Notes: generated by a model from the letters alone, not told the origin. 63,781 nucleotides of DNA, filler included, from Phoronis australis (GCA_002633005.1; 5 parts of 5 records of this genome joined end to end with filler, not necessarily neighbours in it), one strand, 5' to 3'. Shown: positions 1-13,975, counted from the whole stretch's first letter. A program made the numbers and translations.

Positions 1-2046
1 CAACATACTTGTCGGAATTCGAAGAATTCCGCCAAGTAATAATTAGAGTGACAAGGTAGTCCACATAATTATAGATCTCTCTCCCCCTCTCCCTCCCTCC
101 CTCACTACCCTCCCTCCTTCCCTCCCCGTTACCATACTCATTTACATAAAACTGGTCTCGCAAAACGACACATTACGCGTCTTACGCGTTTGCACGATGC
201 CATTATTTTGGCCAATAACGTGCGATCACAATTGACGGGCAGACACAGATAGCGTCTTCTCACAGTTATATCAATGGTTTGTCGTCCGAATTCAGGTCAG
301 GAGATGAGAAGCTGCATGAGAGGGCGTATCTGCCTTCTAATGGGACTGAGCGCTGAACATGTATACGAGACAGAAATATTACGAGCGCGTTCACTTGTCA
401 CAAGCAGAACACTTTGTTTTGGTTACACCATATTCAACTGTCGAATCTTTTTTAGTATCCCAAAAAACTGCATGCAAATGATATCTCTGGACAATACCTG
501 AATATATACTTGTTTGAGAAAATACGACAGCACATGAAATGGTGAAATACATGTAAGCATATAAATCAGATCGTAGCTTTGAATGGAGAAAATGTTACCA
601 AGTGGTCTCGTTTTCAACATCTTCATAAAACGAAAATCCCTTTCAAATGTTTACAGTTTCCACAAAACATATCCAAATGATCAAGCACTACATGAGCTCT
701 ACTACGAAAGAAGAACACGTACCTACGACAAATAACAAAAAAATGACACTAGGCCAATAGGAAAAGTGTAGCCTTCTTTACAGACACTAACTCTGTTCGT
801 AACTCATCCGTTTATCAACCGAATTTCATAAGAGTCGTATTATTAGAAAGCCCGTCATCAACTCCAGATAGGTATGATTATACCAACAGGAAAAGATTAA
901 AGTAATTTACGTCATAAATAATTATCATTTCGTGTACATGACAGGTTTAAAAATATTTTTAATTCTAAAAACGTGAAGCGTTACTAAAACGCGAAAAATG
1001 GAGTATAATCTTAATGAAGACTTTCATGTAATAATTGACCGATTAATTTATTAATTAGTCAATTAATCAAACGTGATTTCAATCAAGTTAAGAGGTAATT
1101 AAAACATAAAATGAGAAGGAGTCACCGAGGTTATATAAATGACAAATTAATTCAGCAGGGAAATAATTTCAATGATTCAAAAGATTGCTAGTCTATAAAA
1201 CAAAGATTTTAGAATATAGACTCCTCACAATTACTGTGAACAATTTAGTCAAGCATCGTATCATTTTCACATATTAATTGGACCTTTGGTGCTGACTGAT
1301 ACAGTTACATTCTTCGTAAAATATCGGGCTGCAGTGACATTTACAAAAATGTGATTAACTAACTCTAACTTCCTATTAGAAATTTGCAGAGTATGGTTTT
1401 CTGGTTTGAAAAAAAATGGAAAACCTATACTGCATAGTTTTGAAATATACTTCGGATGGCACATTACATTGGATGCAGTATAGATGCTTAGAATTAAACT
1501 TACATCTTCAGAAAGTATAAATTAGTGATCCTGACACATGCAGCGGGACCTCTGAAAAAAAGGCGGGACATCTGGGTCTATGAAAAATTGCATGGGTGAA
1601 ATGTTGGCCACAACACGCAAAAATTACCGACAGCGTTAACTTTTTCTTCGAATAGGAGACGTGACACACAGAGGCGTCCGACGGCATTTTTTTAAAGGAA
1701 TGAGAAACAGTGGGTGCCCAAAAACCCATGAAATGACATGTTTATTTCTTTTTAGTCGAGCGGGAAAACAGGGCTATGTCACGTGGGAGATTACAATAGC
1801 ATATGAAAATATGTCAGTGTCGTTGTGTGTCAAAAAGCGTTACAGTTTGTTGATATGGCGGGATGGCGGGAAAAAATTTCAAGAAATGAGGCAATCCGCC
1901 AAAAGTGGGATAATTGGCAAGTACAATGAACTTTGTCAGTAACACAAGGTGTGTCATTGGACTCTTTTACAATGTAAACTTTTTATTTTTTAATTTTGTT
2001 TCACGGGAATAGGTAAATTCTGCTGTTCAGAAATTTAATTAACAAA

Positions 2047-2068
2047 AACACACACACACATACACACA

Positions 2069-2112
<44 letters not shown>

Positions 2113-2147
2113 CACAGACACACACAAACACACACAAACACGCACAC
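2047..2147. repeat. (CA)n microsatellite, imperfect
   Basis: About 100 bp of interrupted CA dinucleotides; explains the VCVCVC ORF 2035..2265. Confidence 0.95.
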
Positions 2148-2541
2148 TTAGCAATGCAAATAAATATACAAATAATTTTTCGAAAGTTGTAATTGGAAAG
2201 CAAACATTCAGAAACCAATTATCATTTCTTTTCGTAAAATACTGTATCACTATTTTAACACCCAAAAATGTTTTGTTTCAATACTGTTAGCGTGTAGTGG
2301 GACAGGCTGTTGAAAACAGCTCTAGGACCGGAATGGAAAAAATATCAGAAGCCAGACGATTCCCAGCATTCAACCATAGCGACGGCTCGGTGCATGTAAA
2401 GAATTAATGTCAGTGTAATTGTCTGGTTTGATGACTAATTTTGCCGAGAAATTACCGGTTATCTGGAACCATACCTCAAGAACACAGAGATGACGTGTTG
2501 AAATTGGTTTATCATGTCTAGAATTCTATGGTTTTATAAGC

Positions 2542-2843
2542 CATAAGCGTAGGAAGGGTGGGTGAAGCAAATCACCATTCTCCCTAGTCGGCACCATTAT
2601 TGCCCCCCGCCATTCGGCACCAATTTCGCCTCGGTCACTCCCCGTCGCCATCAGTTTTGCATGCATTACGTAGAACCTGGTCGACTCTCCCCCGCTAGTC
2701 TTCAGTTTTGTGTCTGCCCCCGTCTACCCGATCAAAAACTACAATTCAATTTAACATACGCTATAAGTGGTCTTTCCTCTGATATTGGAGGCTGTGCTGC
2801 ACCCCAAATATATGAGTGCGTCTCCCCACTTCCTACGCCTATG
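2542..2843. mobile_element. MITE-like element with short terminal inverted repeats, just downstream of the C2CD4-like stop codon
   Basis: CATAAGCGTAGGAAG at the left end, CTTCCTACGCCTATG at the right end (14/15 complementary); no clear target-site duplication. Confidence 0.5.
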
Positions 2844-2872
2844 TGAATACCATCAATATCATCACTTCCGTT

Positions 2873-5800
2873 TCACTTTACCGTTTCTTCCTTGGCTGGT
2901 TTCACATCCCTCCACATTTGAAGCTCGTGGCTCAGGTCCCCGAGGGTTGCAATGTTGATGGAGACTTCTCCGATAAGTTCATTTTTCCACACTATGCTTT
3001 TCTTGTACAACTTGATCATCACGGCCGATTCTTTTAGATCTTCTTTAGTCAAAAAATCGAAGTACATTGTGTCGTCAAACACAGGACAGGTTGAGTTCCT
3101 AACAATGTTTGTGTACTGCTTCTGTGCAAGGCCAGGGATGATACTGACCTTGACGAAGGAGCACATGTTTTCAGTCAAAGACGACATGCCCCCCAATTGT
3201 GAGGCTTTCTTTATTACAACTTTGAGTTGGTTCGTGTCCGTGTAATACTTCAAACTCAGATACAGTTCCCCAAGGTAGTCGGCGGTATTCAACGGGTTTT
3301 GTTTGCGGTATCTTACAAAACATGAGTGACAAATAGGATCACTAGATGGACCTGACCAGGATAAAGGCGACATTTCTTCCCCGCTTGTCTCGTCACCGTC
3401 GCAATACTCAGTGCAGTCAACGGTCGTTGGTTTTAGGAGGATGTAAGATTTTCTACGACGTGACACTGGATTCTCAATTGTCGAGGGAACGGGAGAGTTT
3501 TCTTGAATTGATAGGCTACTTCGAGATGTCGGAAGCTCGCGAGCTGAAAGTGAGTCGTTTCCGTTAGGCTTAAGTCCAGCTAAAACGTCGGTATGTGCCG
3601 GGGTGTAAGATATATTTTGTCTACGGCGTGGCAAGGATTTGTTTCGACGGAGAGGGCTCCTACTTTTTATGATCGTTGTGCCGTTTTCAGAGGAAGCGTC
3701 ACTCGGCGAGTTTTTGCGGTCTAAACAATCTGGATCACATTTTGTCATTATCAGCGACTGGTCTTTTACCTCGTTATCATTCGCAATCGAGTGAGAAGTC
3801 TGGAACTGATTACCACGTCGCCTGGTTCGAATGTTCGTAGGTATCTGGAATTTGGGGATGTTATCAGGGGTTAGAATATAAGATTCCTTTTTAGTCCCTG
3901 ACTGAAGAATCTGGTGACCTTGTGGAACCTGGGACGTACTCAACCGCAACTTCAAGTTGTTAACTAATCTGTCAACTCCTGCAACATGAAAACCGCCACA
4001 TCAAATTATGACAGACAAAATGAATCGAAGGTTACAGAGTAACATCTTTACCACTAGCCCACTCAGATCTAACGACTGGCGAGGATGCACGCACAGTCTG
4101 GGAGCCAACCGTCACTAACCTTGCCCCTTGCAGTCGTTTAAGTGAAAAAACAATCCAATAAACATAATTTTCTTGAATTATTCTACGCCTTTTGAAACAA
4201 AAAAATGTCGTTGTTTTCGCGCACGCGCTATTTCCTAAAAATTGCAACATATCTCGGGAAACCGTTTCCAGGCAAAGCATTTTTTTAAACAATCGTATCA
4301 TTCTTACCCAAAACAAATCCTGCATACATCACCGGATTCCTCATTGCTAAAATCTTCAAATCTGCCGGAAAGACAGAATGACTATTAAACCTGTATGAAC
4401 TAACAATGTTAACCAGGCATGGTATGTGTCCATCAAGTAGTATATTACGGTGCCTATTGTAGGCAGGGCAAATCTCTACCAGATGTTGAGGAGTCTCGGC
4501 CCCCAAGCCACAGTTGGGACAAAATGAACATGCCATGTGGCTTGTGATTTTACGGTGCCGAGATAGGTTGCAGTGTCCAGTAATAACCTGGATCAGCTGC
4601 CTTAAAGCAAGCCTATCTAATTACAACAGTTTCTTTGACCCTTTTGATTCAATACGACTTGGAAAAAGCTGTTTGGTTTGTCTGCAGGCTGAGAGCTTTC
4701 TCCATGCATCCACGGACAGTTTGCGCACCCAGTGTCTTACCTTTGCTCTGCAGCATCTATAGGCAACTGGCATGCAAGGTTCTGGTACAAAACAGGGTGC
4801 ACTTGCTCCTTCTTTTGCAAGTTTTTCAGCAGCTTCGTTATGGTCAATGCCATCATGGGCATTAACCCAGTTCACATGAACAGTTCTACTAGCTGAAAGG
4901 TGGATGAGCTCGTTTACACAGGCCAGGACACAATGGGAGTTGATCTTGGGCTTAGTTAGAGCTTTAATAGCTGCTTGGCTGTCTGAGAGTATGAAGAGTT
5001 CCTTGTTACCAAGGACTGCTTCATGCTCCCTTGCCAGTTGGGCAGCCTGGTGAATGGCGACAATTTCAGCATGAAAGACAGTGAGATCCAGCTTTCTTTG
5101 CCATCACCAGCAGTGTCTGGAAAGTAAATTCCTGATCCTGACTGTCCGTTGCCAAGTTTAGAGCCACCGATGTAACAAACGGACTGTTGGTCGTTGTAAT
5201 CAATGATTTCGTGACCTTCTCCAATTTCTGTATAGAAATTGTGTTTGTGATTTAGGGTCGTCACTAAAACATCACTTAGCATTGCCAAAACTGTTTCAGT
5301 TTTTGACATTAACCTGTTGCATACATTACAGCTTTCCTGCTCAGGTAAATATGCAGAGGTGACAAACCAATAAGCAGCTATAGGTGTCCCTGGAAAAGCA
5401 GAAGTAACACACAAGCTAGCTAAACGCTGTATTTGCGTCAGTTTAGCTCTGACAGTGCTCTGTTCAATAGATGTTATCCATATTGATGCCGCGTAAGCTA
5501 ACATCGGTCTCATAACACCAATGTAAATCCAAAGAGAATTCTTTGGAGAGAGTCCCCAAGTTTAACCCACTACTCGGCAACACGTTACCATGGCCGACTT
5601 GGCCTTGGTTATCTTGTCCATCACGTGAGATGTCCAAGAAAGGCGATGGTGGAGAGTGACACCTAGGTAGGTGACTTTTTCTTGGAAATGAGAGTGCAGT
5701 ACCATGGAGCTTTAAAGGTTTTACATTCCACTTCCGCTTTCAGGTAAAAACATCACCACTTCTGTTTTACTGCTATCGATCTCCAAGTCAACTGTCTCGG

Positions 5801-8800
5801 TCCATCGAATAGCAATATTAAGTACCTTCTGGACAATACTGTGGCATGTGCAAGCATCAACACTTGACACAACGAAGACAAAGTCATCAGCATAGGCCTG
5901 TACGACTAGACCTTGCAAAATGTTAGCCAACAGCTGCCTTAACAGGCAGTCCATGACCATATTGAAGAGAGCAGGTGAAGCGGTACCACCTTATGGAGTA
6001 CCTCTAGTGAGACGGACAGTCACACTAGCTCCCTCAAGCTTAGCTGTTACAGTCTGACTGCTCAGCATGTACATAATCTACCTTATAAGCCTTCTGTCAA
6101 TCTGAAATTGAACAAGTGCATTACAGATAGCATCATGTTTAATGTAGCTGAAGGCACCAACAATGTCGATGAAAGCGCCAAGAGCAAACATTTTGTTGTG
6201 TACGGCATTTTCAAGCTGTCTGACAAGGTGATGAAGAGCAGTGTCTGTAGAAAAGCCAGCTCTGTAAGCGCACTGATTTCCCAGAAGTCTGCTCATAACA
6301 TATTGCCTTTCTAACTGCCACGGAAGTAATTTCTCAAGACCTTTCAAGGAGAAGGAAGTTACAGTTATGAGTCTGAAGGAGTCAGTTTTGAAGTACATGT
6401 AAGAGTCCTTGCCTTAGTCCAGGTTTCTGGGACGTAGCCTAGTCTAACACTGGCCTTGTAAAGCTTAGACTGGATTTGGAAAATCTAGGTTCCTGCTTCC
6501 TGAAACATCTTAGGAAATACCATGTCTTGCCCGGGGGCCTTCCATGGTTTAAAAGACAGGGGGGCGAATTTAACAAGATGAGTTTAACCATCTCATCGAC
6601 AAAGTCCATATGGATTTCCTATTCTTTCCAGTCACGTACTACTTCTCAAATTCCATGACCAGGAATCACACTACCGGACTAGTGTTTATTCAATATGTAA
6701 AATCTCGAGTATTCTGTCGAGAGTTGTCTCAGTTGTTAGATATTAAGTCTGGTGATGTTCAGAAACGACAGGTTAAACGACTGAACAATTTTACAGGTAG
6801 ATCTAGTTCTCTGCGTAAACTAAATCCTATGTGGGTGACGGAATCTTACGTGTGGGTAGTCGTACTGAAAATGCTGATGGATTCGTGAGTATTTGCCCTC
6901 TATGCGGGAACGCCAAAAATGGTTATGTCTTCATGCTAATATTGTTGAGGGTGATATTGTTCTGATTGTTGACGATAATGTCTCGCGTAGTAACTGGCTT
7001 ATGGGTGTTGTTGAAGAAATCTCGGATGTTCATGGTCAGAATCGTAGAGCTAGTATTAGAAAAAGTAAGGGTTCTTTCTGAGAGACATTTGTAAGGTTTG
7101 TTTGTTGGAGAGGAAGTCTGACAGTTAAGTGTTTATTAAGTTACTGGTGTTAAGGTTGTTTTGTATTTTTGTAATTGTATTATTTCGAACTTGGTTAATT
7201 TATAAAACACTTGGGTCAGTCTTTTGGGCCGATATAAGATATTTTACGTTTTATGTTTGACTTATTAATGTTAGCTCAGGGAGCCTCATGTTCACGTCTC
7301 TATTCTTAACTATTTGTGAACTGAATGTTATTTGTATATCACATGACTCATATTTGCATATTAGCTCGTGAGTGCTGACTTGTATTGTGCACACCTGGGT
7401 GGGCATTGTACCTCGGGCTTTGGACAGGAGAGGGTGTATTTGAGAGCTCCAATATTGAGGTGATTTCATTTCATATTTTTGCATTTTGTTTAAATCGTCA
7501 AGTAGTTAATATGTGTTTTTTCTTTCTTTTTTGTAGAACCGAACCAAAGAAGAATTGTAAGGGTGAAACTGTTTATCGGTTTCGAATATCTCAATAAAGT
7601 ATCAAGGCCGACTCCTCATGTCTTTGCCGACACTCACAATGTTAGATTTCAGTTCTAGAAAATCAGCGAGTGGCAACGAGAATTAATTCATAGTTTTAGG
7701 TGTGCAAACAGGACGATTAAAGACGTACTTTAAATACAGTGAACGGGGGATGCGATGGAGACGATTGCCAAAATGTGAGTGACTATGCTCAAAGCCTCGG
7801 AGTTTGACCGGATAGCCTAAATATTAATCAATTTATTCCAAAATATAGTTAACCGCGAATTCTGTTGCAAAAGCTGATAATTCTATAACGTCACACGGAG
7901 AATGGACGAACTTTGTATCGAATGAGAATGGGCTTCAAAGGCTAAAATATTCACTGACATCAATAAACGTCATTTGCGCGTACTGACACGCAACTTATGA
8001 TTGATTGATATAACCAAATTACGTTTCTCTGTTGTTTCCATTAAAGTGGCCACTGTACGCCAGCAAACACGATATCTTTCCCGAAATATTATAGATTGTT
8101 CCGTTGTTCATTCAACAGGCAAGCTTGACTTAGAAGTTTTCAGGAAAATCTGTGAATAACTAGTAAACAGCTAGATAACTGACTGAACGAGTGAATGACA
8201 TGCGACCGAAAGCCCAAACATAGCCTCCTTCACATGGGCAGCGCAGCACTGAAATAATTGGGGGACTACATGTATAGTCCCCATACCCCTATGAACTGAA
8301 ATAAGTGCGGTCTATAGCCCCCCCAGTCCCCTGTGGTGTGCTCCCATACTTCAACAATTCTATGGAATTTCGCCAAATATATTGCTCTGATACTAATTTT
8401 GTTTCTTTTTTGGTTGTTTGCACTCTATAGGTCCCATTTTTCATCTGATTTCCACGAAACTCACACGCAACATGTAGTCTTGGAAGTACTGGAACCCTAT
8501 TGCTTTTGATCGTGACCGGATTCAAGATGGCGGACGTGGCGGCCATTTTGTTTTTGGAATTCAGATTCAAATTCTCATAGAGGCCACAATGTTTGACATG
8601 GAAATTGAAAATGGACAGTCATTGTTGCACACGTGTACTACAAATTCGCCGGAAATCATTTATTTCCGGTAAAATATGGCGGAAATATCGGCCATTGCGC
8701 ATGCGCACCTCATTTTTGGGACGAAAACGTTTTGTCCTGTAGAGCGCGCATTGTAGGACCAATTGCTTCGAATTTTTTATGTTTTAGTTTCCTGTACCTA

Positions 8801-11280
8801 GCTATCACCGTGTGTTTCTTAACCGGAAATTGTTTTCAAATGGCAGATTTGACGCATTTCCATCCATTTTCAATCGTGCTGGGGTGCCATTTTAAACGGG
8901 AAGAGAAATAATGTGAATTTTTGCTTGTCTATTCTTTGAGGGATCTGCTTTCGAATGACCTCCAACAATTTTTTTTCAGACTTAACGTTTTTGAGTTATT
9001 TGACTTTCCATTTCCTTAGTTGACTGGTTTTGCTGCACTTTTGTTGGTTTAGGCTTACCTTATAGTAAACAAGGCTATAGCCTATTTCTTACTCATTTCT
9101 GACATCTTCGTGCGTCATATGCATGTTATAATCATTTTCATCATCGCCACCACCACCATCANACCACCATCACCGTTATCCATCGTCATCACCGTGCATC
9201 ACGTTGCTGTAGTCATCAACATCGATATAATCCTCACCATTACTACCGTCATCCTATCATCGACGTCCACATTATCGTCATAGTTTTTACTATCACCATC
9301 ATCGTCAACAACAACATTAGTAGCAACATCATCACCACCACCACCACCACCACCACCACCATCATCATCATCATCGTTATCATCTTCATGGAGGTCTTTT
9401 CAGTTAATTTCGCCAAGTGTCTCTCCTAGCGCTTTTATTTTCTTGTTATGTCTGATTCACAGTGTCACTAAACTCTAACTGACCTTAGACTTTGTTTTTT
9501 AGGTAACGTACTTTTCCAGTGGATCCGTAGTCAACATACTCTTTGGCTCCTTCACCGAGTCTTCATCGACTGTATAAAATTTTATATTGCATTTGTTAAT
9601 GTGTTCCACGAACAAAGTGCATTGTTACTGCTACAGCCACTGCTACTGCCACGCCTACGTAAGGGGAATGAGAGCTGGTACAATGGTAAATCAAATAATA
9701 CTGTCGGAAATCGAGCGCTGGAGTGTCGTGGGAGATGAGTTGAACATGTCAGGAAATGGTGATGTTAGGTAAACAGCTGGGTCGTTTGCAGTTTTCGTCT
9801 CCGTCTTTCTGGAACAGGTCATGCTAAGTTTTGACTTTTTGATTTTAAACGTAAACTTAAAATATGGTTTTGAAAACCTTATGTTTCAAGTCTTTGATTA
9901 ATTGACCAACTGAAATCACTGAGTCTCAAAAATTTCCGAAAGTTCTCGGCCGGTCGATGGCGTAACTTACATGTATACAAAAGTCCGGGGGACTCTTTCT
10001 TGAATTCAAAATTACATTCTGACCTTTGGCTAAAAATCAGTCTACGCATGGCTGAGCATGTTTCAGGCTAAAGATCTGAAAATTTGTTTACCGCTCAAAG
10101 CCAAAAGACTAAAATTTTTAGACTACTTGACAGCAGACTAAAGCCAAAACCAAAACACAAAAATCATTTGTTGGCTATAGACTCTTAGCCGGGGAAACAA
10201 TCCCCACCATTTGGGGCCAACTCGTCAAATGCGACCTGGCAAAATTCCCAAAGTCGCCGCCAACTGGAAACAGGCAAGCACCGCAAAAATGAAATATAAG
10301 AGATACCTGAAGTAAAACCGGCGAGATAGCCAAATGTCCGCAATCGCCCAGATGGCGATTTTGTTGCCCGAAGGTAAAATGAGGAGTGTACCGAGTGCTC
10401 GGTGACGGCCAATATCACCCTATTCCACCTTCTCGGAGCCAAAAATCGAGCGCGCAGGCTTACTTCTTGAGGTATCTGGACCACCTCAAATTATCTCTCG
10501 GACGTGTTTCATATCTGCGCGTGTGAAGTTCAACAAGAACAGCGAAGATATTTCTAGTGGTCAGCAGACGAGTAAAAATCATGGCTATCCGTCTAGTAGA
10601 TTTCAAAAAACGTTCACACTACACATCATTCTCAATGCATGGTCGGTCTCATGATAAACTGTTATTTCACATTTTGGGTTATTATCACAGGGGTATTCAG
10701 GAATATTCGAAGGTATTCTCCATTTTGACAGTCACGTGACTTTCCGTTCTGATTGGATGTTCGCGTATGCGCAGATAAGAAACACCTCCGAGGGATAATT
10801 CGAGGTCATTAAAATACCCGAGTAGTTCCAGATGATTCTCAGGCAGACTAACCAGGTGGTACCCTTCAGATTTTTGCCGGACGATTTCGGCTCCCCCGTC
10901 TGCTTACTTCCGGCAGTATTTAAAGTGCGTGCTCGAATGTGGCGTGGCGACTTCGTGTGGCAACTTGCGAGTGTTACCTCCGGGGTTGCCAAACAAAATC
11001 TGAGATCGCATCAAGCCCTGAACTCGTTTTCCTAGATGTCGAAATCCACTTTGAAAGACCGAAAAAAAATATAAGTGTTTTTGGTAAAGAAGCTTAGAAC
11101 AACTATTGAAATGTTGTCCGAGATAAATTAATTCAATCCTGTTTAACTTTGCGCATTTTATTCACTCATAGATACGGTTTACAACACTTTAACATAAACA
11201 AGGAATGGACTTTTAATCACAAATTAAGCAATGGAACGAGTCTTACCTTGGGAAAATGACATCATCGCTTGAGCCCACAT
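2873..11280 (-). CDS. C2CD4: C2CD4-like C2-domain protein (~379 aa); coding exons 11280..11247 and 3978..2873
   Basis: Large exon has the ILTPDNIPKFQIP motif typical of the C2CD4 family N-terminus and a C-terminal C2 domain (GELYLSLKY..LKVVIKKA..FVKVSI..TNIVRNSTCPVFDDTMYF..LIGE) lacking the usual Ca2+-binding aspartates. Acceptor ttttcatgttgcag at 3980/3979 is phase 1 and matches a phase-1 donor CAAG|gtaaga at 11247/11246, giving MWAQAMMSFSQ-G-VDRLVNNLKLR. The large exon is solid; the first exon is inferred. Confidence 0.8.
4340..6660 (-). mobile_element. Degenerate non-LTR retrotransposon with RT + RNase H + C-terminal Cys/His motif (LOA/R1/I-group-like)
   Basis: Broken ORFs: RLITVTSFSLKGLEK..NQCAYRAGFSTDTAL..FIDIVGAFS (RT), QAYADD, RNase H (YIGGSK..GSGIY; WVNAHDGIDHNEAAEKLAKEG), C-x2-C..ETPQHLVEICPAY; many stops and frameshifts. 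Ends approximate. Confidence 0.88.
6750..7640 (+). mobile_element. BEL/Pao LTR retrotransposon 3' remnant (post-integrase domain) with probable LTR
   Basis: EYLPSMRERQKW..NIVEGDIVLIVDDNVSRSNWLMGVVEE is the DUF5641-type C-terminus of BEL/Pao pol; followed by an AT-rich stretch with AATAAA near 7593. LTR limits approximate. Confidence 0.75.
8390..9050 (-). repeat. Dispersed non-autonomous repeat, Helentron-associated/pearl-like core
   Basis: Core AAAAxCAATAGGGTTC and CAAGATGGCGG..GGCCATTTTG motifs shared with 21840..22060 and 46700..46985. Confidence 0.45.
9140..9390. repeat. (CAC/CAT)n low-complexity trinucleotide tract
   Basis: Runs of CACCAC, CATCAT and CATCGT. Confidence 0.9.
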
Positions 11281-12449
11281 TTCTGAAGACTTCTGGCATT
11301 AAGACCTGCATACGCTGCATGATATACATGTACGCGGTTGTGTAAGTGGACGAGTCCATCAGGTACATGGCGTAATCGCGATCAGTGGTATTACTCATAG
11401 TCGAATCGTCCAGGGCAGAACACGGACAACGGCTTGCTGTGCCACTGTAGGCGAAAAACAGAAATGTACAACATCCTGTTGTTTGCCAACAGAAATTATA
11501 ATTTGTTCTCAAATGGACGAGAGTGTTGATCAGAAGAGAGATAATGCTCGAACACGAAGAAGGGGAAAAGAAAAAAAAAAATACTCCACATACAGTGTAG
11601 TTACATGTAGATAGTACGACTGTGTGAGACTCATTACTAACGAAACTGATGGAACGCTTAATTAACGTGTTGTCTGTTGCATTGTTTCATTGCGCAAATT
11701 CACGATATACTCGTCAATTCGGTAGTGTATAATTATAACGGAAACTGTCAACTGACACAACTATAACGAGAAAAACACGATAGCTGTAATTTTAAAAGAC
11801 ATGTTATATCTTATTTTTAGAGCAAATAAACCAGATTTACCTTTTATTAAAGGTCATGAAACGGTGCAAGAATCAGAGTCAAAGGACTCAGGGATCTGAA
11901 TCCGTGGAGGACTTGGATTACCGTTCTGTAATGAATGTCCTAGGTAGGACATCTTTACAGAAAGGTGATCTTGCTGCAGAGGTTGGTGATATAGATGGTG
12001 AGAGCTTGTAATATGTAAAAATGCTGTAGGATGTAACTATTAAATTCAATGAATACATGTATGTGCTTTCTCAAATATGAATATCTGGCATTTTTAGAAA
12101 CTGTACATCGTAATGCCTGTCAAAATAATTATTTGAAGAGTATTTTGTCGGTATCTGAAGCTTCCTTGGGCTTGATCGAAAAACGTGCTTCTGTAAATTT
12201 CAACCCTCACGGTAACAACGATTAAAAGTTTTGTCTATTTTGCCTTCTTTTTACAGCAGAACAATCTCAGGTGACGATATAAAGTATTGAAAAAATCAAA
12301 ATGTATGAATATACAACACCAAGAAAGAATTGCGGGTCTTTAAACCTCGACAATCAACCACCAGAAAAAGGTGTTCACTTGACAGAAGTTCCAAGTGGAA
12401 CGGACTGGGTATTATTCCAGGTGTTCCAGGTCTTCATGTAGTTTGGATC

Positions 12450-12790
12450 TTAAGATTTCTCCCTCCACTGTTTGCGCGCCTCCTTCCCGCAGCCAGATTC
12501 AGAGGTGGCAGCCATGTGACAAAAGAAGCCACTGATCTGGGCCTCTTTTAGCCAGTCATCTCGTTTAAAACGTTTTTTTCCGACCACTATTTGCTCTTTA
12601 GACATGGCTACAGGGGTACACTGCACACTTTCCGTCAAGAATGCTTTCACGTCAAGAGCAAATCTGGAGCGCCGTTTGCCCTTGTGTAGTGCCCACCTAA
12701 ACTCAGTTTCATTAGAAGAGGACATAGCTCCCTTTGTAATGCATTCGGGGCTGATATCGACTGCCTTGCAATGTCATTGAATGCCGTTTC
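12450..12790 (-). pseudogene. Degenerate ORF remnant, probably derived from a DNA transposon
   Basis: WALHKGKRRSRFALDVKAFL..KRFKRDDWLKEAQISGFF resembles a motif I recall from repeat-associated uncharacterised invertebrate proteins (WAL..RF..K.YL..WL...QI..FFS); no intact gene structure; family not named with certainty. Confidence 0.35.
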
Positions 12791-12861
12791 CCTCACTAGA
12801 TCACACGTGTGTTTGTCAATGCTCAAGGGAGCATTTATTTCAACTAAAGAAGTGAACAGTA

Positions 12862-13136
12862 CATGCCCGCACCCAGCCTTCAATCTGGGGGGGGGGGTGC
12901 TCGAATTCTTGGGCGATGTGTACCTTTTACTAACAAAATAGTCGGTCAACCATAAAAAAACAGTACCACGATCGGAGCTGTACGTGCTGTGAATTGTGGG
13001 TTTACACCTTTTTAGTGGACTTTTATCTCGTTTTCTCGGACTTTTTGTTTCTCTGAGGCGAACCTTTTTGCCCACTTCGTCAAAGGAGGGGGTGAGGCTC
13101 GTTCGAGCCCGCCGAGCCCCCCTGGGTGCGCGCACG
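12862..13136. mobile_element. MITE with short CA..-type inverted termini and G/C tracts
   Basis: CATGCCCGCACCCAG ... CTGGGTGCGCGCACG imperfect TIRs. Confidence 0.45.
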
Positions 13137-13975
13137 CAATATAGTGTGCATCCGTTTACCGAGTAATATGTCAAATGCGCCCACTCAGACCAAGGTGAGT
13201 TCATATTCAAAAACTGGCCCACTCACGTTACAAAGTAGATCGTACATGCTCTGTGCAGCTTCCCACGTTGAAAAAGACCTCTTCGTGCGAACATTTTCAT
13301 GGAGAATACGTTTTAAAACTGCACACTACAACATAATCATATTACGTCGCTGTATGACTTTTCCGTCAGACTTACCTGCGCGAATCTGCTCGGCTCTAGG
13401 AAGTTGCGTAAGAACATGATCTGAAATAGCGGATTGTGAGCATGCTATCGTTGTCACGGAAATAGTTCCACGAGCGGCTTCTAATGAGCCTGTTCTACTA
13501 AATTTAGTGAGAGAGTGCGTTAACGTGAATGGACATAATTTCACATTTTTATTATTTGCTTTATGTTATATACTCGTTTACAATATACATGTAACGTTGA
13601 GATACTTTTTAGTTAACAGTTGATTTTTTCAAACTGTATAAATTATACTGAAGAAATTACATATTCGTCAGTTCCTCGCACTCTGCCATTCACTGAAGAG
13701 CAGACGAGACAAGTACACTTTGCCAGGAACGACATTCGTGACGTTGGTAGGTCTTTGATTTCATTACATCGCGTTGCTTCTGTTTTCTGGTTTTGGCTTT
13801 CAAACTTGCCGAATCGACTCTCTTAAATGCAACAAAAAATAAAAATCCAGCCGAGCTCACGGCCCGACTCGTTGGTCCTGCAAGTCAGCGTTTGTTCAAT
13901 GTTCAGATCGACGGAGTCGAGCTTGTGTAGACTAGGTCGAGCGGGTTGTAGCCAGTGGGGGTCGTGGGCCGAAGG

